Shown piece after piece: positions 50,569 to 61,100 of a stretch of 64,000 nt of DNA. Made by a program: the position numbers and the translations under genes. Below the pieces are notes generated by a model. It did not search any database, was not told the DNA's origin, and saw only the letters and a list, made by a program, of their open reading frames with translations. The first letter of the stretch is position 1, and every line of letters begins with the position of its first letter. The stretch spans positions 82,651 through 146,650 of IMG/VR virus record IMGVR_UViG_3300021420_000017; one strand, written 5' to 3'. This stretch comes from a virus.

Positions 50569-51223
50569 TAACATTTCAATGACTGGTTCCAACACTCAGT
50601 TTTCGTACTCTGGAAATACAGCCGATCTTAGATGCTCTGAGTTGGATTTCACTTACACTGTTAACTCTACTGAGTCTCATGCTCGTGAGCATCGCGCTTT
50701 CTACCCTCATCGACGCAGTCAGGGCTCCTTCAGTCTAACGATCGATAACAATCAATGGGAAGAGTTCCAGTCGGTCATTGCCTGGTTTCGCAACTACGCG
50801 ACTAATGCTTTGAACTTGAATAATCTGACTCCACCGCCCATGACTGTCAGCATGCCTAGTCGGAACTTCTTGCGCCTAGGCATCCCCACAACGGGTATGT
50901 CTTTCGGAGACTACGTGGGGTCGATGGTATTCAGCCCCAAGATCGTCTTTGTTTCTGTCAGTGACCCTGGAGACCCCAGCACTGGGATACTTGATAGCAG
51001 CCAGGTTTCTGGGACTGATACCTCCTTGTTTAGTGGAGCTGACACCAGTCTATATTTCTATCCAGATTCAATGGCAAGCAGTCCTGGGGTCTTAACTAAG
51101 TACCTGTATGATCAAGCTACTGCGTCCTTACCTTCCGCAGCTACTGTTTCCGCTGACATCAATGCAGGGATCGCGCCTCCTCCGATTTTGGGCGCGACCC
51201 CTCGTTTCTATACTTCAGATTGA
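50561..51223 (+). CDS. Baseplate protein (220 aa)
   Basis: Beta-rich tube-like pattern; position. Confidence 0.6.
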   Translation: MADNISMTGSNTQFSYSGNTADLRCSELDFTYTVNSTESHAREHRAFYPHRRSQGSFSLTIDNNQWEEFQSVIAWFRNYATNALNLNNLTPPPMTVSMPSRNFLRLGIPTTGMSFGDYVGSMVFSPKIVFVSVSDPGDPSTGILDSSQVSGTDTSLFSGADTSLYFYPDSMASSPGVLTKYLYDQATASLPSAATVSADINAGIAPPPILGATPRFYTSD

Positions 51224-51265
51224 GGTTCGCGCAATGTTCACGACCAGGTTCCAGGGAGGTGTGAC

Positions 51266-53902
51266 ATGTCAACCTTGATCTATGCCCCGGGGATAAGCGT
51301 GCACATCGAGACCACCTCTGGGATTATTGATGTCTCAGACGATTTGGTCCAGTGGGATCTTGACCTACCTGAGAACGCTGTACACACTTTCAATTTCACT
51401 CTTCAGAATGCCCAGCGCAAGTATGACGGGCTCATTGTGCCGATGGATCGAATCACAGTACAGCTTAAGCGGCTGAACTGGCTTCAGAACTTCACTGGTT
51501 ACCTTAACGACGGTCCGGTCTTTCAGGCGTGGCCCGCGACCCTGGATTTCACTGCTAACTGTTCGCTCAAGATCCCACAGTTCTACTACTGGGATCCCAG
51601 TAGCACCGATTCTCAAGCGCTGATTACAGCGGCGTTTAACAGTGGGGGAGTGGGAGAACAGAGCACCACTGGGGACAACGGCATGTCTCAGCTTGTCATT
51701 GATGTGCTCTCTAAGGTAGCGAACTGGGCACCTGAGAAGATCCACATAGGACAGGTACCAGCCAACTGGTATAGCTTTGCCCAAGCTGTTGGCAATCTTA
51801 TTCAAACTGATAACGACATGACTGCGTTGATGGGCACTGGCGCAATCGTGGCGGGTAAGAATGTGGGAACGCTGAAAGTCAGTCTTCCGGCTGACACCTA
51901 TGCTGAAATAGAGCTGGATGCAGCGCAAGCCGCCAATGCCTCGATCATCTATAACACGATGCGGTTTACCTGCGGCCTGTCGAGTCGCGAAGCCAAAATG
52001 GCACTGATGTGTTCTTACGCCGAGTCGAGCTTTCATAACTATGCCAATATCAATGTGTCCGAGTCATTGTCCATACCAAATGAAGGTGTTCAGAAAGACC
52101 ATCGATCGGTCGGATTATTTCAGCAACAAACTCCTGGGTGGGGGTCGGCGGCTGAGTTAATGACCCCGGCTATCGCAACTCAGAAGTTTGCGGCGGCGCT
52201 GGTCAAGTTCGAAGGGCCCCAGAAGGATAAGAACACACTCACAGACTGGGCGATCATCCAAGGGGTACAGAACTCAGCAGTCGGATCTGGCTCGAACTAT
52301 GAAGCGTTCGAACGCCTAGGCACAGCCCTGGTAGATCTCATGGACAACCTCAGTGCTGGTCTCGCTGGAGCGACCGCGTCCAATCCTATTGGGACCGGGC
52401 TCAACACTCCAACGGGACAGTTCACCGGGAGTCAAATCGCCAAGGTCGCGCAAGACCTCATCCTGGCTCATCCGCCTGGACACATCACCTACTCGGGGCA
52501 AGCTGAGGGCTATCACGACGCGAAACAGGACGACCCCGACCCGCTTCTGTTGGACTGTAGCTCATTAGTCGATTGGGTTTACTGGCATGCCACCGGAACG
52601 AGTTTGTTCAAAGGGGGCGCAACGAGATCCAATGCATCCTCAATTTATTCTCAGTGCGTACCAATCCCTCTCGATCTGGCTTATCAGGTTCAAGGAGCCT
52701 GTCTGTTTATCAAAGACGGACCCCCAAGTGACCCCTATGGACATGTCGGAGTCTCATTGGGATCACAAGTAGGTGGGCAATGGCAGCATGTAGCTGCCCA
52801 TGATAGATATTCAGACCCAACATTGGATGTCAACATCTCTTCGGTGGGCACGCAGTTTACTAACGCGGGCCTGCTTCCTGGAATCAACTATGCGGGATCG
52901 GCTGCCACTCAGGCAGCCGCAACCCAACTTCAGACAATCCTGAAGACTGCGACTACCATAGCCCCCAATCTATCTTTGGTAGCAGCCTCGGGAGTCAGCG
53001 GAGCAAATCCAACTGGTACTGATGCTTTTACATCTTTCATCAATAACTTGGTTCTCAACCCTACGGGCAATCAGCTTGGTGGAAACTTCCTGTCTGGCAC
53101 CAGAGCTTTGATGAACAATCAACCTTTGTTGCCCTGGATCAAAAATGTTGTGAACGGTTCGATGCGGAGTTTCTGCTCAGCTCCGAACGGTGACTTCATC
53201 GCCTGGTTTCCTGACTATTTTGGGTATTGGGGTACCGCTGGTATCATAAATATCGAGCAGATCGAACTGCAAAACTTCACAGTGAAGTGGAGTGATCAGC
53301 AGATGGTCACTCACCAGTTCGTCATTGGCGCCCTTGGGAAAACGGCATTCAATAGTGATGATGCCAGTGTTGATCCCGTGGCTCAAGCAACTCAAGGTGC
53401 GTTATTTTCCAGCACCGAGGGAATTGCTACGATGGACACGCCAGAGATCTTTCAAGCTATCTATGGAGCTTCAGCCAATCCAGTATGGCGAGACAAGTTC
53501 ATCGAACGCTTTGGCGCTCGACCGGACATTGTTTCAGTTCCTCAAATCGCAGGAGGTCAGAGCACAGGCAGAGCCGAGTTCTTCATGGCGCTCTACTTGT
53601 TCATGCAGCGCTGGGCCAACATGTTCACTGCGGATATTCCATTGACCTTCATGCCTGAGTGTTGGCCTGGAATGTTGGTGCGGATCCCTGATTTCGGATT
53701 TCAGGCATATATCACTAGAGTCACGCATTCTGGTACTTATGGCCAAGGTGGATCTTTTACTACTAATCTATCGATCTGCGCGCCTGCGAATATCGCGGGG
53801 GCCAACCGTGGCGATCTGCTCTCGCTGCTGCCTGATGGAGGTCAACCGTTGACAGGAAACATCGTCCCGGCAGCGCGCCCTTCCACGAGTCCGGCTAAAT
53901 AA
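51266..53902 (+). CDS. Baseplate hub with lysozyme-like and NlpC/P60 peptidoglycan hydrolase domains (878 aa)
   Basis: GGGAGG RBS; YAESSF..SVGLFQQ (lysozyme-like), LDCSSLVDWVY..GHVGV (NlpC/P60), hub-like N- and C-terminal parts. Confidence 0.8.
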   Translation: MSTLIYAPGISVHIETTSGIIDVSDDLVQWDLDLPENAVHTFNFTLQNAQRKYDGLIVPMDRITVQLKRLNWLQNFTGYLNDGPVFQAWPATLDFTANCSLKIPQFYYWDPSSTDSQALITAAFNSGGVGEQSTTGDNGMSQLVIDVLSKVANWAPEKIHIGQVPANWYSFAQAVGNLIQTDNDMTALMGTGAIVAGKNVGTLKVSLPADTYAEIELDAAQAANASIIYNTMRFTCGLSSREAKMALMCSYAESSFHNYANINVSESLSIPNEGVQKDHRSVGLFQQQTPGWGSAAELMTPAIATQKFAAALVKFEGPQKDKNTLTDWAIIQGVQNSAVGSGSNYEAFERLGTALVDLMDNLSAGLAGATASNPIGTGLNTPTGQFTGSQIAKVAQDLILAHPPGHITYSGQAEGYHDAKQDDPDPLLLDCSSLVDWVYWHATGTSLFKGGATRSNASSIYSQCVPIPLDLAYQVQGACLFIKDGPPSDPYGHVGVSLGSQVGGQWQHVAAHDRYSDPTLDVNISSVGTQFTNAGLLPGINYAGSAATQAAATQLQTILKTATTIAPNLSLVAASGVSGANPTGTDAFTSFINNLVLNPTGNQLGGNFLSGTRALMNNQPLLPWIKNVVNGSMRSFCSAPNGDFIAWFPDYFGYWGTAGIINIEQIELQNFTVKWSDQQMVTHQFVIGALGKTAFNSDDASVDPVAQATQGALFSSTEGIATMDTPEIFQAIYGASANPVWRDKFIERFGARPDIVSVPQIAGGQSTGRAEFFMALYLFMQRWANMFTADIPLTFMPECWPGMLVRIPDFGFQAYITRVTHSGTYGQGGSFTTNLSICAPANIAGANRGDLLSLLPDGGQPLTGNIVPAARPSTSPAK

Positions 53903-53904
53903 CG

Positions 53905-54525
53905 ATGATCTCTTCGCAGAAGAACCCCATCAACGCCAGTGCTCAAGACGGAATCCTCATGAGAACGACCGGCTATGTGGCCGGAATCGACGGGGTGCTG
54001 GCCGATGTCACGCTCAAGTCGGCGGGGGAGACTCAGGTCCGGGTCGATATCAGGATGGGAGCCAGTTCTCCTCCTCAGGTTGGACAGACGTGGCTGTTGG
54101 ACAAGACCTACGGATTCTGGGTTTTCGTGCTCTTGCTCGGGGCCGATGTGCCGTCCTGGCAGGTGCCTGCGCTCAGGGCTCCCTGGACGGCGTCCAATAC
54201 TGGCGCCTGGGCAGCAGGTAGCTCGATCGAGCCCCCGGTGGGCTACTTCCGTTCCATGGACGGCTGGGTGCGTCTGAGGGGGTCGGTGGCCAGCGGGGTA
54301 CCCTCGACGGCCGACACTGCCGGGCCGATCGCGGCTGATCTCTTCCAACTCCCGGTCGGCTACCGGCCCAGCCCGGATGGCCTGCTGCGCTTCGCGGCCC
54401 TCTCCACAACGAGCACCAGCGCGCTCGGCGAGGTGAAGGTCTACCCCGATGGTTGGGTGCGGGTGAGCCAGAGCGCGAACACACGCACGAGCCTGGCGAA
54501 TGTGGCCTTCCAGGCTGGCGGCTGA
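53905..54525 (+). CDS. Spike/puncturing-type protein with fibre-tip-like C-terminal domain (206 aa)
   Basis: OB-fold-like N-terminus (PPQVGQTWLL); YFRSMDGWVRLRG..FQLPVGYRP. Confidence 0.5.
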   Translation: MISSQKNPINASAQDGILMRTTGYVAGIDGVLADVTLKSAGETQVRVDIRMGASSPPQVGQTWLLDKTYGFWVFVLLLGADVPSWQVPALRAPWTASNTGAWAAGSSIEPPVGYFRSMDGWVRLRGSVASGVPSTADTAGPIAADLFQLPVGYRPSPDGLLRFAALSTTSTSALGEVKVYPDGWVRVSQSANTRTSLANVAFQAGG

Positions 54526-54528
54526 ACT

Positions 54529-54564
54529 CTGTTAGGCCGAGCACTGGAACACCTGAAGTAGTGA
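54529..54564 (+). promoter_or_regulatory. Putative phage late promoter for the wedge operon
   Basis: CTGTT-N20-TGAAGTAGTGA. Confidence 0.62.
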
Positions 54565-54586
54565 AGAGCCCCCGAGAGGAGACCCC

Positions 54587-55015
54587 ATGATGACGCTGGC
54601 GCTCGTAGCCGGGGACTTCGTCCTCAGCGCGGGCACCTACGCCACCTTCTCCGGTTCGGACAAGATCCAGCAGGATCTATCGTTGGCTCTCAACGAGGAC
54701 TACGGCAGTGATACCTATCATCCCTATTGGGGGTCGATACTCAATCGCTATATCGGCGCTCCTCTGACGCCTGGCATCAAGTCTGCGGTATCGATCGAAG
54801 TACAGCGGATACTCAAGAACTACATCGCCGCACAGGCAGATGCTGCCAGTACTGACATCGCATCCAACACGAGAGGGTCATTTAATACTTCTGACATCGT
54901 GCAGAAGGTAGAGTCGATCGATGTTGTAGTCGCCTATGATTCAATCAATATAACTGTGGTACTACAAACCATGAGTCGGCAAACCGTCACAATCAAGAAG
55001 CAGATCATCGCATAA
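54587..55015 (+). CDS. Baseplate wedge subunit (gp25/gpW-like, 142 aa)
   Basis: DKIQQDL..YHPYWGSIL..IG motif; upstream of baseplate J. Confidence 0.8.
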   Translation: MMTLALVAGDFVLSAGTYATFSGSDKIQQDLSLALNEDYGSDTYHPYWGSILNRYIGAPLTPGIKSAVSIEVQRILKNYIAAQADAASTDIASNTRGSFNTSDIVQKVESIDVVVAYDSINITVVLQTMSRQTVTIKKQIIA

Positions 55016-56857
55016 ATGGCCACTGTCAACGACTACTCGGCCCGGGTCATCGCGGCACTCGCGCTGACCGAGCCCGACCTAGACACCTCTATCGGTTCGC
55101 CCATGCGTAAGGTGATCGACGCTTTTGCTGGGGTGCAGGCTGAAATGGGCTTGGACCAGCAGCTCTCGGTCTACTCCTGGGACATCGACTCCAAGAGTGG
55201 CGGCGATCTGGATGACTTCGCTGCGGTCTGGGGTCTCCAGCGCTATCAGGCGCAGCGCGCAACTGGAGTGGTGACTTTCTCACGCGGAGCGAGTATCGCG
55301 GCTACCCGATCAGCCACTGTGGGTTCCGGGACTCAGATCATGGCTGCGACGAATCCCCCTGTCTTCGTTCAGACGTTGGCTGGCGCCGTGCTGGCAACAG
55401 GACAGGTCAGCGTGGATCTTCCCGTGCAGGCCATCCTGGCCGGTCCCCAGGGCAATGTCGCTTCGGGCACATTGGTCAATTTAGCCTCTAATGTTGATAG
55501 TGTCACAACGGTTAATAATTCAACTTCTCTCATGGGAGGGGCTGGCGCCGAAAGTGATGCGCAGCTTCGCGCCAGAATCAAGGCGACCAAGCTGCGCAGT
55601 CTGGCCGGAACTGCTGACATGTACGAGGCAATGGCCCTCCAGACCCAGTCCAACCCCAATGATTCGACTACTCGTTCGGTGACGGCGGTCAACGTGCTCG
55701 GGCCCAAGAAGACCTGGACCGAGCAGCTTCAGGTGGTTTCGGGAGTCGCTTCGTCCTCGGTGACTGACGCGACCTACATCTACCCGGCCTCGGTCTATGT
55801 CGGTCCCAATCTGTCGACAGGACAGATCCTCAACCCGGCTCAATACACCGCTACGATCAACAACAACGTCTATCCGGCGACGCTCGTTCTGGCCACAGTC
55901 GGGGCGAACATGCCGGATGGTCTATACGATCTGCAGTTCGACTACGTTCCGACCTATTCTCGCAATGACCCACTCTCCACTCGTTTCGGGACAGTGGGGG
56001 CAAATATCAACAACCGGGTCGATGTCTGGGTCAATGGTTCGGTCACCGCCGCAGCGGTCGACACGTGTGTATTTTCTACTGCCAGCTCGATGCGTTTCAA
56101 CACCACTTCACACGACCCGATGAACCTGAATGTCTGGTCGAAGATGGATGGCACAAGTCCGTCGGTCAATGATTATTTCGTTCCCTTGGGATTCGGTCCC
56201 ATTCTCTCCATACCAACAACGCTCTCCATCGGCGGAAGCACCTACGTCATGGGTACCCATTACGATATCGTCTATCGATCTGACGCCTTCGGTAACGCCC
56301 CTGTGAGCCGATTCGGTCTCGTGTTTTACACTGCTGGTACGGTGCCGACTAACTTCACCAGCTTCTCTATCGCTTATAACTACAATTCAGTTCCTGGCAC
56401 TGTGCAGCAGTCGATCGAATCGAGTTGGCGCCTGCTGGGAACCGATGTCTGGGTACACGCTGGCAAGAAGAAGTCTCTGCGTTTTCACTTTGCGATTATC
56501 TATAACCGCTCTTATGACCAGTCCTCGGTTACGACCGCCATCAATGTGGCGCTCGCTGCCTATGTAGCCAATCTCGGATTCTCCTCCGCGATGCGAGTCA
56601 GCGATATCCTCCAGACGGTGCACAATGTCCCCGGAGTGGATAACGTTCGATTCCTCACCTCTGCTGATGACGGTACGAACTATGGCATTCAACTAATGGT
56701 TCCTGTTACGACCTCGGGCTCGATCGTGGACACCCCGAGTACGGTCTATGCCACGGGCGGCCGTGCCCAGGACATTTACTTTGATGATGCTACCTATCCA
56801 TCATTTGATTCCACTCGGATCATCATCAAGGCGCGCAATACTTTCGGGACTTCGTAA
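55016..56857 (+). CDS. Baseplate J-like wedge protein (613 aa)
   Basis: GGDLDDFA..RYQAQRATGVVTF..GPQGNV..GGAGAESDAQLRAR. Confidence 0.88.
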   Translation: MATVNDYSARVIAALALTEPDLDTSIGSPMRKVIDAFAGVQAEMGLDQQLSVYSWDIDSKSGGDLDDFAAVWGLQRYQAQRATGVVTFSRGASIAATRSATVGSGTQIMAATNPPVFVQTLAGAVLATGQVSVDLPVQAILAGPQGNVASGTLVNLASNVDSVTTVNNSTSLMGGAGAESDAQLRARIKATKLRSLAGTADMYEAMALQTQSNPNDSTTRSVTAVNVLGPKKTWTEQLQVVSGVASSSVTDATYIYPASVYVGPNLSTGQILNPAQYTATINNNVYPATLVLATVGANMPDGLYDLQFDYVPTYSRNDPLSTRFGTVGANINNRVDVWVNGSVTAAAVDTCVFSTASSMRFNTTSHDPMNLNVWSKMDGTSPSVNDYFVPLGFGPILSIPTTLSIGGSTYVMGTHYDIVYRSDAFGNAPVSRFGLVFYTAGTVPTNFTSFSIAYNYNSVPGTVQQSIESSWRLLGTDVWVHAGKKKSLRFHFAIIYNRSYDQSSVTTAINVALAAYVANLGFSSAMRVSDILQTVHNVPGVDNVRFLTSADDGTNYGIQLMVPVTTSGSIVDTPSTVYATGGRAQDIYFDDATYPSFDSTRIIIKARNTFGTS

Positions 56858-58146
56858 TGGGTGTCACCCTTTATCAGAGTGATCGAGGTTCATTCTTTAC
56901 TTCGCAACAGAATAACCCTACTTCAACTGGGATAATCTCTGCGCAGATTGACCCCAGCGAGCCCCAAGTCGACGGGCTCACTTCGGTCACCGACCCTCTG
57001 ATCCCGAATCGGACTACGCGCTCGCGCGTGAGTCACATGGACCCGAGCCAGTACGACCTGCGCGACTCCAGTCACCTGATGAAGTTCATCAAGGCCATCA
57101 TCGGGTCGGGCGGTGCGGGCGGCGTACGCAAGCAGCTCCTGATCAACAGGCTCTCGACCACCTTCTCCGGCTCCAACTTCGCTGACCTGGATGCCTTCTG
57201 GGGTGCGATGTTCGGCATGCCTCGCCTATCCACCGAGGCGATGCCGCAGAACGCGGACGGCACGTCGTTCAACCCGATGACCGGGGTGACTGATGAGGAC
57301 ACCTGGGACCTGATCAGCTCGGCAGATGGCCAGTACCGTTCCCGCCTGGTGCAATTCGTGCAGGCGCTGAATATGGGCGCGACCCGCGAGGGCATCCTGA
57401 TGGCGGCCGAGGCCGTCCTGGGAGTCGACGTCGACCTCGCTGAGTCCTGGGTTCTGGCCGATCAGATCCCGCCTGGCGTATTGCTCTCGGCTATCAACGG
57501 CAACAACTACTTCGTCGTGACCAACCGCTATCTCACGTACGGCGGGATGAGCAGCCACACCTGGGGCCAACTCGTGGGGGGCGAACAGACGGGCGGTCAA
57601 GTACCTCTGGGAAACCGGGGCGAGATCGTGCTCAAGCCCAAGAGCCCTATCACTCAGGAGCAGAAGCGACATGTTCACATGGTGCTCGACCAGCTCATGC
57701 CCGCAGGGACCATGCTGACGATTCTGGACGGCGGAACTCAGGTGCTGAAGCTGATCCTGGCGCAGAACCTCTATGCCGAGTCCGAGGACTGGCGGGTGAT
57801 CTCCTCAGTGACCCAGTCTCCGGGTTTGAACACTCCGGTGGGGGCTCAGATCTATCCGAATCAGGGCCAGTACTCAGCCGGTCGTCCAGCCCTGTCGGCC
57901 TACACTGGCGAATCGTGGGACTACAACAGCCGCATCTCCTCGATCACCTCCTACACGCTGACCCCCGAGGGTGATCCAGTCGTTGGAGCAGGAGCGGATT
58001 GGGGGATCGTGACCTTCTTCGACGGGACGAGCCATGCTTACACCCCGGATGAGGCCGTCATGACCCCTCAGCGCGCCGCGAGTGCCCGTTCGGCGAGTGA
58101 CGGGGTTATGACCTCATACCCCTACAGCGCGGCCCGAGCCTCATGA
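56857..58146 (+). CDS. Baseplate wedge protein (gpI/gp7-like, 429 aa)
   Basis: YRSRL..ALNMGATREGI..VLDQLMPAGT pattern; follows J. Confidence 0.7.
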   Translation: MGVTLYQSDRGSFFTSQQNNPTSTGIISAQIDPSEPQVDGLTSVTDPLIPNRTTRSRVSHMDPSQYDLRDSSHLMKFIKAIIGSGGAGGVRKQLLINRLSTTFSGSNFADLDAFWGAMFGMPRLSTEAMPQNADGTSFNPMTGVTDEDTWDLISSADGQYRSRLVQFVQALNMGATREGILMAAEAVLGVDVDLAESWVLADQIPPGVLLSAINGNNYFVVTNRYLTYGGMSSHTWGQLVGGEQTGGQVPLGNRGEIVLKPKSPITQEQKRHVHMVLDQLMPAGTMLTILDGGTQVLKLILAQNLYAESEDWRVISSVTQSPGLNTPVGAQIYPNQGQYSAGRPALSAYTGESWDYNSRISSITSYTLTPEGDPVVGAGADWGIVTFFDGTSHAYTPDEAVMTPQRAASARSASDGVMTSYPYSAARAS

Positions 58147-61100
58147 CGCACCCGAGCTTGAGCCCGGTCTTTGTCGACCATTCAGATCTTGCCACCCTCA
58201 CGAACGCACTCGCGCTCAACTCGACCCAACTGCCACCGGCGTCGGCCGATCAACAGTTCTGGGCCACGCCAGACCGGCCTAACACCGATGCCACTATCGA
58301 GGTAGTGGAAATCGACCTGTCCGGCGCTCGGCTGGTCAACACGCTGTCTTTCGATCTGGCGCGCTATCCACACTCGGTGTCTGTCGAGTATGCCGACGCG
58401 AGTGGGGCCTGGCGACCGGCGATCGATGCCAGCAGCGGCACTCCCGTATCGGTTTCGATTTCGGAATCAGTCCCTGCCCGGCTACCCAAGGCCACCGTGA
58501 TCCCTGGCCACCTGCACCCGCAGCATGCCTATGCCAACCATTGGGAGCCGATCTCTCTGCGCCTGCGGCCGGTGAATATGCTCCGACTGCGCTTGCAACT
58601 CCAGCGCAGCACGCAGAGCGCACCTCCCACCGACACGTTCGGGATGCCGGTTGCCTACTCGCTGGCGGTCGCTAATCTGCGGATCGGGTACGAAGTCGCC
58701 GGGTTGAACGATGTGCCGCGCTCGGTTCTGGAGACGGGCAGCTTCAATACCCAGGAGTCCTTCGCGACCACTAGCGACCTTCTGGGGTCCAGCGTGGACT
58801 ACGCGCTGCGCACTAAGGGCGCCGCCAATATCTTGAACAACACCGGCGCCCCGTCCCTGCTGATCTGGCAGTCCGAACCCCAACCTTTCCCGGGCGCCGT
58901 AGTGCCCTTCTATGCGGATATCCGCGATGCTGGCCAGGCTCAGATCTTGGACAAGATCTTCATCGATCCCGTTCAGTCTGGCGCGCATATCACGATCTAC
59001 TACTCCAATGACGTGCCGATCGGGGGATTCGATGGATCCGCAACTGCGCTAACGGCTGAGCAGGCACAGATGCTGGGGACCGCGACTCTGCAAAGCGATC
59101 GCCTCCGACTGGGATCTGGTTCGGGCAGCGCTTCTGTCAAGATCGATAACCAAGCCATCGGGTTCGATCCGAGCCTCCCTTGGTGGGTCGGGATGGTCAT
59201 CCGTCCCAACTTCACTCCGTCATCGGGCATGGCCCCTCGCACCCTCTTTGACTGCGGAACCGCTCAGGTTCAGCTCGTGGGCTCCGGTGTAGCCCTATCC
59301 ATGACGGGCAACAACGCCCTCGTTCTACCGCTGGACTATGGCGCTTTACAGTCTATCTCGTTGATCGCCAGCTTTGATGGAAGCCGCCTACGCCTGCATG
59401 CTCGAACAAGTATTCAGGATAAGTCGCTCGATGCTGTGGTTAGTGTCGCTCCTCCCACGGCACCGATCGCTTCCTTCATGCTGGGGGCATCTCTGGATAC
59501 GACCCACGGGGCGAGCATCGACGTGCTCGACTTCGTGCTCAAGGAGGAGGCTCTAGCGAGTGACATCTTCCTTGATGAACCGGACGCCTACTCCTCGGTG
59601 TCGGATTTCCCAGGAGAAGACGCAGCGATCGCCAGGAATGCACTGATCCGCTTCGACCCTTTCAATACTCTCTCCCTCAGCGGGATGTCCCCGAGTGGTC
59701 TCTACGGTGGGGTGGCCAACAAGTATGCCTCCATGTTCTGGACGCCGATTCCTCGTGATTACATCGCCCAGCGCGGATGGATGAAGCTGCCACCGACTCA
59801 AGCCAAGTTCATCAAGCTGGAGTTCACCAACCTGCAGGCGGTCTATAACGAGGTCTACATTCCGGTCAATCAGACGGTGTTGACCTTCCCCCCGACGGTC
59901 ATGCGCGACTTCGCTGAATCGCAAGCGCTGACCGAACGGGCGCAACAGACCCACGAGCTAGGAAATGTCATTCAGGCCAGTCTGGCCGGGAAGCTGCCAT
60001 TTACCGACTTCCCGACCATCACCGGGACCGGGGGGACGGGTAAGGGGTACACGAACACAGAGGCCTATGTGGTCGATGACTACAACTCGGCGCAGAACTT
60101 CTATGCGGCTCGGGGAGTCAACTGGGGCTATGAGAACTGGCATCCCGGCATCTCGGCCCCGCGCTGGAGTTCGACCAGCGAGCATGTCTACACCACACAG
60201 ATCGTCACGCGGACGACGACGGTGGCATACCAAGTCGGATTGCGTCAGATCTCCTTTGCCCGCACGCTCTACACCGGAAACGACACGGTGGGCTGCTATG
60301 ACGATGCGCTGTTTGATGAGCTGAATATCTCGTCTAGTAGTTGGATCTTCGAGACAGACCAGCAGGCGCTCTCATCTGGACAGGCCCAGCAGGCGCAAGC
60401 GACCTCGGTGACATTCGGTGCCAGCCGAGACGTTCGAGGAGTGCAGTTCGCGGCCCAGCAGAGCCCTCCTGTGCAGATCCTGCCGGATTCGGGTTTTGAT
60501 GATCCGCAACGGCGTTACTGGCAACTGGTGGGCGATGCTCAAGTAGTGCCCGACGTCAGCAAGATCCCAGTGATCGGTTCTGTCCTAGAACTCACTCGGT
60601 CAGTGGTGCTGGGCTACTGGGGCGACATCGCCCCGGTCTACCTCACCTACGGCGGCATGGCCTTAGCGGCTCTGACGTGGGGCCAGTTGGCGCAGGGGGC
60701 TCATACGAGCGAGACCCTGGGGGGCATCGCCAGTCTCCCCCAGAAGCAGCCGGTCGGAGGACGCCTCTATGCCGCTGCTCGGGTGTTCGCTGAGCAGGAT
60801 CTGGTCAGTCCGCTCTGGGTACAGATCGTGGATACCGTTACCGGCGCCGTGCTCTCCGAAGAATCCGCCGTGGTTAAACGCGATCAGGTAACGGAGTGGT
60901 ATACGAGCTATACCCTCGGCGAGGGGGGCGCCCGGGTCGGCAATCTCTGGGGCGACCTGACAGGCTCGACCTCGCCGGTTCTCCCCAGGCTCTCAGATTC
61001 TTTTGCACGGGCCGACGCCAGCACCCTGGGCACGATGGACACCAACCAGATCTGGCAGGCCACTGCCGGAGGTGGGCTGCACATTGCCAGCGCGAAGGCT

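Noticed and set aside
8392-54564. TGAAGTAGTGA copies as CRISPR repeats or a guide array
   Set aside because: Dispersed singly over 46 kb at gene starts, not regularly spaced with spacers.
44562-58146. Sheath/tube/baseplate block as an extracellular contractile injection system or tailocin
   Set aside because: Portal, protease, MCP and neck genes are present in the same run, so this is a complete phage.
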